Source: Peribolospora baueri (taxonomy: Eukaryota). From it: a DNA stretch of 64,000 nucleotides. Below the pieces are notes generated by a model. The model worked only from the letters and a program-made list of their open reading frames with translations. It had not been told where the DNA came from and ran no database searches. The stretch lies in NCBI GenBank assembly GCA_029717555.1, contig JAMDHS010000028.1:124001-188000 (forward strand), written 5' to 3'. The translations under genes and the position numbers were made by a program. Positions 1 through 10,540 of this stretch are shown in pieces. Numbering within the stretch: the first letter of the stretch is position 1; each line of letters begins with the position of its first letter.

Positions 1-660
1 CTTTATCAGGACCCACGAGCTACGGACGGACGGACGGACGGATGCTTGGGTCATTCCGCTTCCGCCGTGATCGTCGCCATCGGGAGATGGGGGTAGAGAT
101 TGGAAGTGAGACAACGGACACGGGGACGGCGCAACCGCAAGTCCGCGGCGGATTGCTTGGACGGGCCCCCTTGCTGGCTGGCTTGCTGTCTCTTCGCTTC
201 ATCTAGTTCATTCTGGCGAGACAACTGGACAGACGGCGAGACATTCGTTTCTCCTCGTCCGACCCTACACCCTGACTGACTCGACGGCCCCATCCATCCA
301 CCTTTCTTCCTTCCTTCCTTCGTTCGCCGACCGGCGGCGCAGCGGGTGGACTGCAAGGTGCGCGGTCGGCGGCTTGTCGATCCGGCGAGGCGATCTAAGA
401 GGAGTACGGACGGAGGGTGGTTAGGTAGCTTAGTGGGAGCTAGTGTCATCGCTTGCAGAGTAGCGTTTCCTCCTCTGTCTACTTGCCTGCTTGCTTCCTT
501 ACTTGCTTGCTTCCTTACTTGCTTGCTTGCTTGCTCCCTTTCTTCCTTCCGCTCCACCAGCTGATGCGTCCGTGTGACACAAGGGACGGGCGCGAGCGTG
601 CCTACTGATCTCGGGACCACGAAGGGCGCGTTGTGCTGTCCCACGCCGGCCGTGCCTACC

Positions 661-700
661 TATCCTATCCTATCCTATCCTATCCTATCCTATCCTATCC
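661..700. repeat. (TATCC)8 microsatellite within an SSR-rich upstream region (also GGAC, CTTTGCTTGC and GACCGT repeats in 20-860)
   Basis: Read directly: eight perfect TATCC units. Confidence 0.95.
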
Positions 701-1528
701 TGTGCTCGCCTATCCTTGCCTGCCTGCCTGCCTCGCTTGCCTTTGCTTGCCTTTGCTTGCCTTTGCTTGCCTTTGCTCCCCTCTCCACGCACGCCGCGCC
801 ACGCCATGTCCGTCTGTGCCTATTCATGCCCATGACCGTGACCGTGATCGTGACCGTGACCAGCGTGAGCGTGACCTAACTGACCGCGTCGCGCACGGAA
901 GACCAAGTCCGACGAGCGAGCGAGCGAGCGATAAGCACCACGTCGCCCGTCACCTCTCGCCTCGATTGGATTCCCGTGCGCACGCGCGCGAGAAAGACGA
1001 AACGAAGCCAAGCCGAGCGCGAACTAGGCCGCCGATAGCCTTGCCGTAGTCAGCTTAGCGCTGCTCGTGGGCGCAATCCAAAGGCAACAAGGGCGAGAGC
1101 GAGCGCGCGACGGCGGACGAGCGGTTAGCGAGCCATTACAAGCGCCCCTCTAATCGTCCCTGCCGCCTTCCCCGTGTCTTCATTTCAATCCCGCCTTGAT
1201 CCTTTTCTTTTACTTTTTTCTTTCCTTTCCTTCCCCCGTCTCACCGTCAGTCAGCAAGCCAGCCAGCCAGCTCAAGCCGAGCCTTGGGTTGGGACCCCCC
1301 ACGCCCAGCCCACGCAGACCAGACCAGACAAGTCCCCGTCACTCACCCTTGCCCTTACCCTCGCCCGCCCGCCCGCCCGCCCGGCTCTTGTCGCCCGCCC
1401 TTTTCCCTTTACGCCCTCGCCCCTCCTCCTTTTTCTCCTCTCAACTTCCACCATCTCTTTTCTCTTCATCTCCCTTCCTCCCGCTCCCCATCCTCGCTCC
1501 CTTCCCATCCCTTCCCTCCCCACCAGCC

Positions 1529-2806
1529 ATGTCCGCTCAAGACACCAAGCCCGTCGAGCCCACTCCCGAGGCCGCCCCCGCTGCTGAGGCCCCCGCTGCC
1601 GAGGCTCCTGTCGCTGAGGCCCCCGCCACCGAGGAGCCCGCGCAGACCGAGGCCGAGGCTGTGACCGAGGCCGCCCCCGCGGACGCTCCCAAGGCCGAGG
1701 AGACCGCCGCCGAAGCCGCCGCCCCCGCCGCTGAGGCTCCCAAGGTCGAGGAGGCCGCTGCCGCCGAGGCCGCCCCCGCCCCCGCCGCCGAGGAGGCCAA
1801 GCCCGCGGAGGAGGCCGCCGCCGCCAAGGACAAGGAGACCAAGGACGAGGCCAAGCCTGAGACTCCCAAGGCTGCCAAGCGCGAGTCCATCTTCAACAAG
1901 CTGAAGACCTTCCTCGGCGACAAGAAGGAGAAGTCGCCCAAGAAGGAGAAGAAGGAGGAGAAGAAGGCGGAGAAGAAGGAAGAGAAGAAGGAGGTCAGTT
2001 CCGCACCCACGGCCGAGCCCGCGTCCGCGCACGCGCCCGAGTTCGCCGTCGGTCGTTACTTGCGCCAGTGGATCGACGCCCCACCCCGGCTCAACTCGTT
2101 ATTTGCCCCTCTTCGCGCTCGTCAGGAGGAGGCCCCCAAGACCGAGGAGGCCCCTGCCGCCGAGGCCCCCAAGGCTGAGGAGGCCCCTGCCGCCGCCGAG
2201 GCTCCCAAGACCGAGGAGGCCCCCGCCGCTGAGGAGGCCCCCAAGACCGAGGAGGCTCCCGCCGCCCCCGCCGCCGAGGAGGCCAAGCCCGCCGAGGAGG
2301 CCACCAAGGACGTCAAGTTCGAGGAGAAGGAGAAGAAGGAGGAGCACAAGAGGGAGAAGAACACCGACAAGGCCGCCAAGCTCGCCCGCAGGCTCAGCGG
2401 CCGCATCGGCGGCTTCATCAAGAAGGTGCGCTAGCGTCGTCGTGAACGGTCGATCTGTGACTGCCCATCTCACTCATTTCTCTTTCCTCCATTTTTTTTT
2501 CTCCTTCGATCAATTTTCTTTCTTCTCTTTCCCCCTTCAATCGCTTTTCTTTTCCCTTCCCCTTCTTTTCCCTTCCCCTTCCAGCCCGTCGAGAAGAAGG
2601 AGACTCCCGCCGCCGAGGCCAAGGAGGAGGCCAAGGCCGAGGAGCAGCCCAAGAAGGAGGAGGCCGCCCCCGCTACGGAGGAGACCAAGGCCGAGGGCAG
2701 TGCTCCCGCTGCCGCCGTCACCGAGGACATCGCCCCGGCGGTCCAGGCATCCCAGGCCGTTGACACGGCGCCCGAGGCCGCTCCGGCCGTCGCGGCCGCC
2801 GCTTAA
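1529..2806 (+). CDS. Ala/Glu/Pro/Lys-rich, probably disordered protein; 3 exons (1529-1993, 2126-2425, 2585-2806)
   Basis: ATG at 1529 in GCCATG context; very strong GC3 codon bias (GAG/GCC/AAG/CCC); GT..AG introns 1994-2125 and 2426-2584 keep the frame; TAA ends at 2806; repeated EEAPKTEEAPAA units. Confidence 0.85.
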
Positions 2807-3693
2807 GCGGTCGTTTTTCTCTCTTTCTTTCTCTCTCTTCATCTCTCTCCATCTCTGTCTTCTGTGTCTCGTCTGTCTTATTCGTCCCATTTTTTCCACG
2901 CTGCCTCTGCTTTCGTTTCACTTGTCCAGCACCCCCCTCCTGCGACGTCTCTCCTTTCCACTCCCGCTCCATCGCCGCCGCCACGCGCCACTGCCACTTC
3001 TCGCCGCCTCCGTCGGTCGTTCGTGTGTATTCGCGTTCGTCATGTCTCGCCTCGTCGCCGGCCTACCGTCGCCGATTCTTTGAACCCCCCTTCGTCGTCC
3101 CCAACCACCCCCATCCCCCCCACCCCTCGTTACCCGTTTTTGATTCCCCAACCCAGCCCCTCTACGTTCTGTCCCTCGAGTCACACCGCCTTGGTACTTA
3201 ATTCTCTACTACATGGCCATTTGCTTTTCTTGATCCTTGATCGCGTGAGTGAGTGAGTGAGCGCGAGCGTGAGAAGCTGTTCGCAGGTCCGAGTTTGAAT
3301 CACCCACGGCGCAGCGTACGTCACGTCACGCCGTCTGGATCGGCCAAATAAATGGTGACGGTCGCCTTGTTCACCTCGGGCACCTTTGTGTCTCGTTTGG
3401 CTTCTGTTTTGTTGGATACCAATCTAATCGTCTTCGAGCTCCCGCGCTTTCGTCCTCATCTCTTTCATTCTCTTTCTTGTTGTTGCCTATTTCTCTTTCC
3501 TTCTCTCTCTTCTTATTGCCTATTTCGCGACGCGCCCCCCGCGCTCGCTCGCTGGATCGGCGGAGGGAAGGACGAACGGAGGTGCAGGTGGAGAACGCTT
3601 GCTAGACCCGAGTGCCGCGGTACGGCTGCGGCCGCGCCTGCGATTGCGATTGCGATTGAGACTGCGGCTAGCCAGGGCTGACTCGGCCCGACA

Positions 3694-3774
3694 TCACGTG
3701 CGTGACCTCCCCCCCGGGTCGCTCGCTTCTATATAGCTGCATGAAACGCTGTGGTACGGTAGTAGGGTTAGGGT
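3694..3774 (+). promoter_or_regulatory. Putative ribosomal-protein-gene promoter elements: TCACGTG E-box (3694-3700) and telobox-like TAGGGTTAGGGT (3763-3774)
   Basis: Both motifs lie 200-280 bp upstream of the RACK1 ATG and resemble the Cbf1 and Tbf1/Homol-E type sites known at fungal ribosomal protein genes. Function is inferred. Confidence 0.4.
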
Positions 3775-3977
3775 CATCCCGGAAGTCGTCCTAAGATTCA
3801 TTGGTCGCGTTGGCGGGTGAACGAGGCTCAGGTTAAGGCTCGAGAAGGTCGACACAAGTCCTCAAGTCCGGCGACGAAACGTTCGGCTTCATCATCATCA
3901 CCACTTTCTTCTTCCCCCCCCCGTCCCCTTCTCTTCCCTTTCGTCTTCCTCTTTCACACTTCTGAGGCGTCTTCGAC

Positions 3978-5847
3978 ATGGCGGAAAGTCTGGTTTACAA
4001 GGCGAGCTTAAACCCCATCCCCATCCGGTCCTCGTCTTCGTCCTAGGAAAGATGCTCAGGCGGGCGCTGTACGTTTCTCCAAGGGCTTTTTTTTTCGACT
4101 GACCCCTTTCGTTTGCCTCGTTTTTTGTCTCGCCCTCCCCCCTTCACCCGCTTGGCGCTATTTCGATTGCAGGGCTCGCTCACCGGCCACGGCGGCTGGG
4201 TGACGGCCATCGCCACCTCTTCTGAGAACCCGGATATGATCTTGACTAGCTCTCGCGGTGAGTTCCTCTCGTCTCGTCTCGTCCGTCGACGTCGTGCGAG
4301 CTGGTACGGAGCTGGGGGTTCGGTTGGGCCTAAGCTGAGCTGGCGGGTGTGGTGGCGTGTTGGAGTTGACGGCGAATAGACGGTGGGATCGCGCTAGCAG
4401 TCGTGTTGGAAAAGATATGGATCGGACGGTGGTCGAAGGGAATAGGCAGGCGCCATAACGAGTTGGAGAAGAGACGGTTGCTCATCCCGGAATGGGACTG
4501 CCTGTGTGCCATCGATCAGACAAGACCATCATCGTCTGGCAGCTCTCCCGGGATGACGCCAACTTCGGTTACCCCAAGCGCATCCTCCACGGCCACAACC
4601 ACTTCGTTTCCGACGTCGTCATCTCCTCCGACGGCCAGTTCGCCCTCTCCGCCTCGTGGGACAAGACCCTCCGCCTGTGGGACCTCAACACCGGCGCCAC
4701 CACCCGGCGCTTCATCGGCCACACCGGCGACGTCCTCTCCGTCTCCTTCAGCGCCGACAACCGCCAGATCGTTTCCGGCTCTCGCGACCGCACCATCAAG
4801 CTGTGGAACACGCTCGGCGAGTGCAAGTTCAACATCACCGAGGATGGCCACTCCGAGTGGGTCTCCTGCGTCCGCTTCAGCCCCAACCCTTCCAACCCGG
4901 TGATCGTCTCCGCCGGCTGGGACAAGGTCGTCAAGGTGAGTGGACGAACGTCGTCGTCGTCGTCCAAAGTTCGCCGTCATCGCGTCGGACTTTGTTTCTT
5001 CGTCACGCCACCCTTTTCGCGTCGCTCGTTCCTTTCCTTCGTCCATACGCTCTCCGGGGGTGATGTCATATCTTCCAATATTTGCTACTTCAGAGGGCGT
5101 CGCTGCCCGATGAGACAATTTTTCCACCAAGATCTCTGACCCGACTTTCTCTTTTGTTCGAGACGTTTCCGCCACGTCACCCTTGCGCCGTGCGTCCTCT
5201 CGTCTACGAGGATAGGCCTTGCTGACCCTTATTTTGCCGCGCTTCCACATTCGCGACCAGGTGTGGGAGCTCTCCAAGTGCAAGCTCAAGACTAACCACT
5301 ACGGCCACACCGGCTACATCAACGCGTGAGCTCCGAGTCGTTCATGTCACGTGCGATCCGTATCATCTCCTAATCTTCGCCTCAACCTACGCCCCCTCCT
5401 CGCAGCGTCACCATCTCTCCCGACGGTTCTCTGTGCGCTTCCGGCGGCAAGGACGGCATCACGATGCTCTGGGAGCTCATGGAGGGCAAGCACCTCTACT
5501 CTCTCGAGGCCGGTGACATCGTCAACGCCCTCGTCTTCAGCCCGAACCGCTACTGGCTCTGCGCGGCGACGTCGAGCTGCATCAAGATCTTCGACCTCGA
5601 GAGCAAGTCCATCGTCGACGAGATCAAGCCCGAGTTCACCGGTGTCGGCAAGAACGCCCGCGAGCCCGAGTGCATCTCCCTCGCCTGGTCCGCCGATGGC
5701 CAAGTGAGTCCTTCCCTCTCCTCTTCTCCACGTTCTATGGAATCCCCGCTGACTCGGCTCGTTTTCTCCTCTCGCCGCTTCTCGCCGCAGACCCTCTTCG
5801 CTGGTTACACGGACAACATCGTTCGGGTGTTCACCGTCGTGTCCTAG
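3978..5847 (+). CDS. RACK1: RACK1 / G-protein beta-like WD40 protein of the 40S ribosome (Asc1/Cpc2/Gib2); 6 exons (3978-4001, 4173-4257, 4520-4935, 5261-5325, 5406-5703, 5791-5847)
   Basis: Spliced translation [23 protein letters not shown]...[43 protein letters not shown]...[12 protein letters not shown]...[14 protein letters not shown] is unmistakably RACK1. Confidence 0.98.
5057..5142 (+). ncRNA. snR24: Box C/D snoRNA U24 (snR24) in RACK1 intron 3
   Basis: C box GTGATGT (5060-5066); guide ATATTTGCTACTT plus D' CAGA (5091-5094); internal stem GGGC/GCCC; C'-like GATGAG; guide CACCAAGATCT plus D box CTGA (5136-5139); terminal GGG/CCC stem. Both guides match yeast snR24 as I recall it, and snR24 is hosted in the ASC1 intron. 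Confidence 0.92.
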
Positions 5848-6331
5848 GGTGCTCGTCACTAGCTCGTTTTCGGTCCTCCTCTCTGTACATGCCCCTACCC
5901 GTTTCGCCTCGCCTCTACGGGCGACCTATGGCATGCGCTCCGTTGTATGTTCGACCGTCTTCTCTGGTGAGGTGCACAAAAAAGCCAAACGCCATTTGAG
6001 CTGCAGCGCCGGGCGAAGAGCCATCCATGCAGAGAGGACGAAGGGTGGGATTGGGGGCAGCGTGACGGGCATGGTCAAGATGAACCATCGGAACAGAGCG
6101 CTTATGTGCCCGTCGACGACGGAGAGCGCCGACGGCGAAACGTTGCGATGTCTAAAAAAATTCCAAGAGACAGGGAAGGAGCGAAACGGAACGACGGAAG
6201 GTATGCGAACAAGAGAGAAGAGCGCAATACATAAATAAACAAGCGAAAGAAGGCGCCCGGCGCCCATCGATCGCAGAGCCCCGATCGCAGGGGCCCGCCC
6301 CGCCCGCAGGGGGTCCGTGCGAGCGATGTGA

Positions 6332-8922
6332 TCAGCACACGACGCATCGGTTCTCTACACCCATCTCGACCATCTCCTCTTGCGATCGGTCCTTCTCGTT
6401 CTCGCGCCGCTTCTCCTTCACCTCGCGCGGGAACCAGAGTTTCATGAATTGGAGCGTCGCGCTGTCGACGTTGTCTGAGGGCAATGGGGGAGAAGGAAAA
6501 AAAATGGGAGATGATGAGCGTCGTCTGTCGTTCCGGAAAACGAAGGAAAGCGGGCTCGCTCGGGGGTCCATTTTTTCGGGAGACTCACTCGCGCCCGCCT
6601 GCGCGACGGCGCCTCGCTCGCGACACATCGGACAGTCCGGCTTGTGTCGCTTCTGGAGCTTTACCAGGCATCGGATACAGAAGAGGTGGCCGCAGCGGAG
6701 TCGGACCTGTGTGTTTTGTGTGCGTGTGTGCGTGTGTGTGGGAGGGCGATTCGGTTCGGAACGGTCGACGAGAACCGTGCAGGATGGGAGGAGAGCGAAG
6801 GAGAGGGAAAGGTCAGTGTCGGTATTGCGGCGAAGGAAGAAAACAGGTCTGCGCGAAACGAAACCTCGATTGAAGGAAGGCCCGTGCGCGACGCACCGGT
6901 ATGTAAGCGACCTCGGTGCAAATGAGACAAGAAAAATCGTCGATGCTCGGAAGGATGGGGACGAGAGTCGAGGTGAGCAGCGTGACGAGGACGTGAGGTA
7001 GGCTTGTCGACAGGATGCTCAGTCGCAGGGAATTGCTCGGCGTGCCGTCGTTGAGGCTGATCGACGACGCCAGCGTGGAAGGGGCAGAAGAGACACGAGA
7101 TGGCACCACGGCCAACTCCAGCTCTCTCGACGTTCCCGCCTCGCCGCCGACCGGCACCAGAGCGCCGACACCATCGGCGCCTCCTCCCTCGACGATGAAC
7201 TTTCGGAACCCCCGAGTGGCGGTGAGGGCGGTGCGCTTGTCGTGTTTCTTGAGGATCTTGCGCGCCGCTTCAACGTTGACGAGCTGAAACTTTTTCACAT
7301 CCATCAAGGCGTGATTCAAATGTAGGAACTCGGTCATCGCAGCTCGGCTGCCCGGTTCGTGCAGCTTGCGTTCCGAACCCGGACCGACGTAACCTCGTTG
7401 TTTGAGCGTGTTCACGAACTTTTCCAGTCGCGCTTCCGCGTCCGCCAGCGTGCGCTCGCCCCGGTCGCGCTCGGAGAGGCCCTCGAAAATGGCGGACTCG
7501 ACCCAGAGCGTGAACACCTCTCGCCAAACGTACAGATCTGACTTGTGGTTGTAAGGCGAGGACACCTTGGTCACCGACGCGCTCAGCTCCTCGACCGAGG
7601 CGGTAAAGTTGTTGAATTGGGAGCGCTGGAGGGTTGATAGCGTGTTTAGGGCCGATGTCAGCATGGTGAGGAATTCGGTATCCCGACTGAGCGGTATCAG
7701 GATTTCGCGTTTGTGTACTGGAAGGGATCGAAGTCTGAGAAGACGGTTGGGGCAGTGAGGATTTGCAAAGGGAGGCGAACGACCGGTGTCGGCGGCGCGC
7801 GGACGTGACATGCGAACGATGTGCAAACGAGTAGAACACTCACTCCACCTCCACGTCCGCCGTCGGGTCGGCGTTTGCCTGCTCCATCGCCTCGCTGCCA
7901 TTTCCCACAGTATCGCTTGTCAAGATCGTCGAGGATCCTCCACCATCTTGTCGATATCCTTGAATACCGACCGTTGCAGCGTTAGCGTTGACGGTGCTAT
8001 CCCCAGCGGAACGCACTTCGTCCCCATCGCTGTCATCCGGAGTGTCCCCGAGTTCAATGTCAGAGCTGTCCGACACAAGCGGCGATTCGATTGTAAGTCG
8101 GATGCGAGGGATCGGGTGCTCTGCCGTACCTGAATTCATGCGAAAGCAGGTGAGTGCGGCGCAAGAGGTGGTCAGAGCGCGTGTGTCCCATACATGCGTG
8201 TGGCGACTCGTGCGGTCGATGGATCACTCACCTCCCAGCTCGTACTCCGCTTTCGCTGTCCGCGCCCTCCGTCTCAACGACGAATGCCTCTTGCCACGGC
8301 GACGCCGTCGCCCACCCACAGACGGCGAAGAGCCTTGACCTCGAACCTCGTTAGGAGGGCCTTCCTCCCGTTCATCCTCAGAGCTCGAGATGACAACGCC
8401 TCCCGGCGAAAACGTCTCGCTCCACTTCCAACCGTCGCCCGGCTCTACCACTCGCTCTTCCACCGTGTCTTCTCCCTCCAACCGTCGCGTCCGCTCAGCA
8501 GAAGGAGAGACGGAGATGTGACGTCGGCCGGTGCCGGGAGCGTCGTGCTGTGCCTTCGAAGAAGAAGGAGGCGAGAAGGACGATGATCTCCGCCGGCCGC
8601 CTGCTGGGTCAGGCCGCCTTCCGTCGTCGCAAGCTTTGTCGACGCCTGTCGCTGGCGGCGAGTCAGCACGCTGCTTGCCCTTGCCACCTACCGTGCTTCC
8701 TCGGCTCGGCTCGCTCGCAGAGAAGCCCTCCACCTCTACCCGACTCCTAGCCTCACTCATGAGTTCCCTCAACACCTCGGCGCCCAGCCCGAGCTCCTCC
8801 AACTCGGCGACGACGCCATTGATGATCTTCTTGAGCTGCTTGTACTCGATCGCCCCGCTTCGCCATTCTTGTGGGAAGGAGTACGACTCGAGGGTCTCCA
8901 TGTAGGTCTTGCCGAACTTCAT
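6332..8922 (-). CDS. SPX-domain / C3HC4 RING E3 ubiquitin ligase (S. pombe Pqr1/Spx1-like; plant NLA architecture), ~5 exons
   Basis: N-terminal MKFGKTY...WRSGAIEYKQLKKII and NVEAARKILKKHDKRT are SPX hallmarks; spliced RING reads CLICTEVAYIP|VRLRCGHLFCIRCLVKLQKRHKPDCPMCR; ends MKLWFPREVKEK...RCVVC*. Confidence 0.92.
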
Positions 8923-9888
8923 CCTATCTCGCCACTAGGAATCGAACAATCAGGGGGCGCACAATGAAGAGAGAGAGGGCGAGATGGGATGGAGGGGCGG
9001 AAGGAGGCGAGTTTATTTGTAGATGGGACGGTGGCCTGCCGGTCCGGATGTAGGTACATAAGCGAACGACTGCGGGAGGTCGAGCCGACGGCCGCACCGG
9101 AGTCGGTTGCGGGGATTGTTTTGACGCCGTCGGAGAGCGTAGGACGGGGTAGAGAGGGAGGAGAGTGGAGCCGTAAGGAGCTCCGACGAGCGACGTAGGT
9201 CTGCGCCAAAGAGGTGGGCGACCCGACCGGGTCTGGTTTAACGCCCCCTGTCGCTCCCGTCCTCGGACCGCTCGACGACACTCCAGACGGTACAAAACAG
9301 TGGTGGTGGTGGCCGCTCCGAGGACGGTTCAGGAACGCGCCCGTCGTCACGTGGCGTATTGGCTCGCTCTCAGGTTCCGACGGCTCCACAGCCAAGTCGG
9401 GCGAGGGAGGCCCACCGACGGATCCATCGAGCCATGTTCTATCCGGATCGGCTCGCTCGGTACTGTCAAGGTACACACGCGTTTCCAGTCAGGTATTCTG
9501 AGACATGCACCACGCCCTCAGCAACTGCACCCTTCAACTGAGAGTGAGCCAAGGCTCTCAGGCTGTCGCCTTGTCGCTTGCGGCGGATGAAGACGTCGCA
9601 AGATCAGCGGCCGGTCTTCGCCTTTTGCCGGTCGACCGCAATCGGCGTTGCTTCGGCTTCTCAACAAGGTAGTGGCATCGTGGTTCAATAATGTTACAGT
9701 ATATACAGTTAACCCTGTCTACAAGCATACAAGTTGTCTTGCCCGAGGGCTATGCAGTATGCGAGAGGGTGACCACACAGAGGGGTCTATGCATATTTGC
9801 CGCAGTCCTTGCCACAGTCGATAGCGCCCATCAAGACAGGAATTCCAAGCTAAGCTGTAGAGTATGTACTCGTCAGACACAACCATGT

Positions 9889-10255
9889 TCAAGAAGAAGC
9901 GTGTGCAGAAAAGAATTGTTGAAGATCGGTTTGTTTACGCTGCCTCGTTGACATGTTCTCTGAAAGTGCGACTGAGTTGAGTGACATACTGCTGCATCTT
10001 GAGCCCACTTCTCCGTGCGTGGCTTCATGAAAATTGCTTCGTGGACGTAGCGCAACTGGCCTACGATGTTTTCTGATTTATGGTGTTCTTCTTGAAGCAA
10101 GACCACCTCACAGACGCTCCCTCCTCAGTGTCGCAACCAGCTCTCTGAAGGTCAATGAACTCCTCTCTCGTGAGAGACTCCGTTCCCATGTTGGACTCGT
10201 GCACCTCTTGTTCGTCTCGAGGAACAGCGGGGTTCAATAAGAATCCAATGCTCAT
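9889..10255 (-). pseudogene. C-terminal remnant of a pogo/CENP-B-like transposase (frameshifted)
   Basis: Joined frames give MSIGFLLNP...TREEFIDL...LLQEEHHKSENIVGQLRYVHEAIF...RQRKQTDLQQFFSAHASS*. The terminal QTDLQQFF (9910-9933) is a perfect QxxLxxFF PIP box, typical of pogo/Tigger transposase C-termini, and it sits next to the 3' TIR. Confidence 0.7.
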
Positions 10256-10367
10256 CCTTCTTGCTTCAAGAAGAACACCATAAATCGGAAAACATCGTGC
10301 ACAAGCTGCGCTACATCCACGAAGCAATTTTCATAAAGCCGGGCGCGGATAAGTGGCTCAAGATGCA
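9993..10367. repeat. Imperfect inverted duplication (~108-bp arms at 9993-10100 and 10261-10367; 160-bp spacer)
   Basis: Both arms read TTGCTTCAAGAAGAACACCATAAATC.GAAAACATCGT...GAAGCAATTTTCAT.AAGCC...AAGATGCA on opposite strands, with about 12 substitutions and 1 indel by hand count. Confidence 0.92.
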
Positions 10368-10540
10368 ACCATTAGAGAACATGAGCTGCTCCTCGGCGGG
10401 TACGTCCAATAAGTCGGATTATCTTGCGAGCTTGCACTTTAATCAGCTCCTCACTGAAAACGGCACTCGAGAAAGACCGTCGTTTATCCAGTAGACGAGC
10501 GCCGCTTCTAGCTCCGGATGCTTGAGCACGTCTTGGCGCT

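Noticed and set aside
20..1450. ORFs such as YPILSYPILS and DRDRDRD
   Set aside because: Translations of microsatellites in a promoter/UTR region, with no codon bias or splice structure.
2126..2300. Regularly spaced repeats that might suggest a CRISPR-like array
   Set aside because: In-frame degenerate coding repeats (EEAPKTEEAPAA) in a eukaryotic gene, with no unique spacers or cas genes.
3763..3774. TTAGGG as a telomere or interstitial telomeric array (also TAACCCTAA near 43324)
   Set aside because: Only 1-2 units, in promoter positions. Better read as factor-binding sites.
4258..4519. A second snoRNA in RACK1 intron 2 (or intron 1)
   Set aside because: No convincing C/D box pair with terminal stem, and no H/ACA layout seen.
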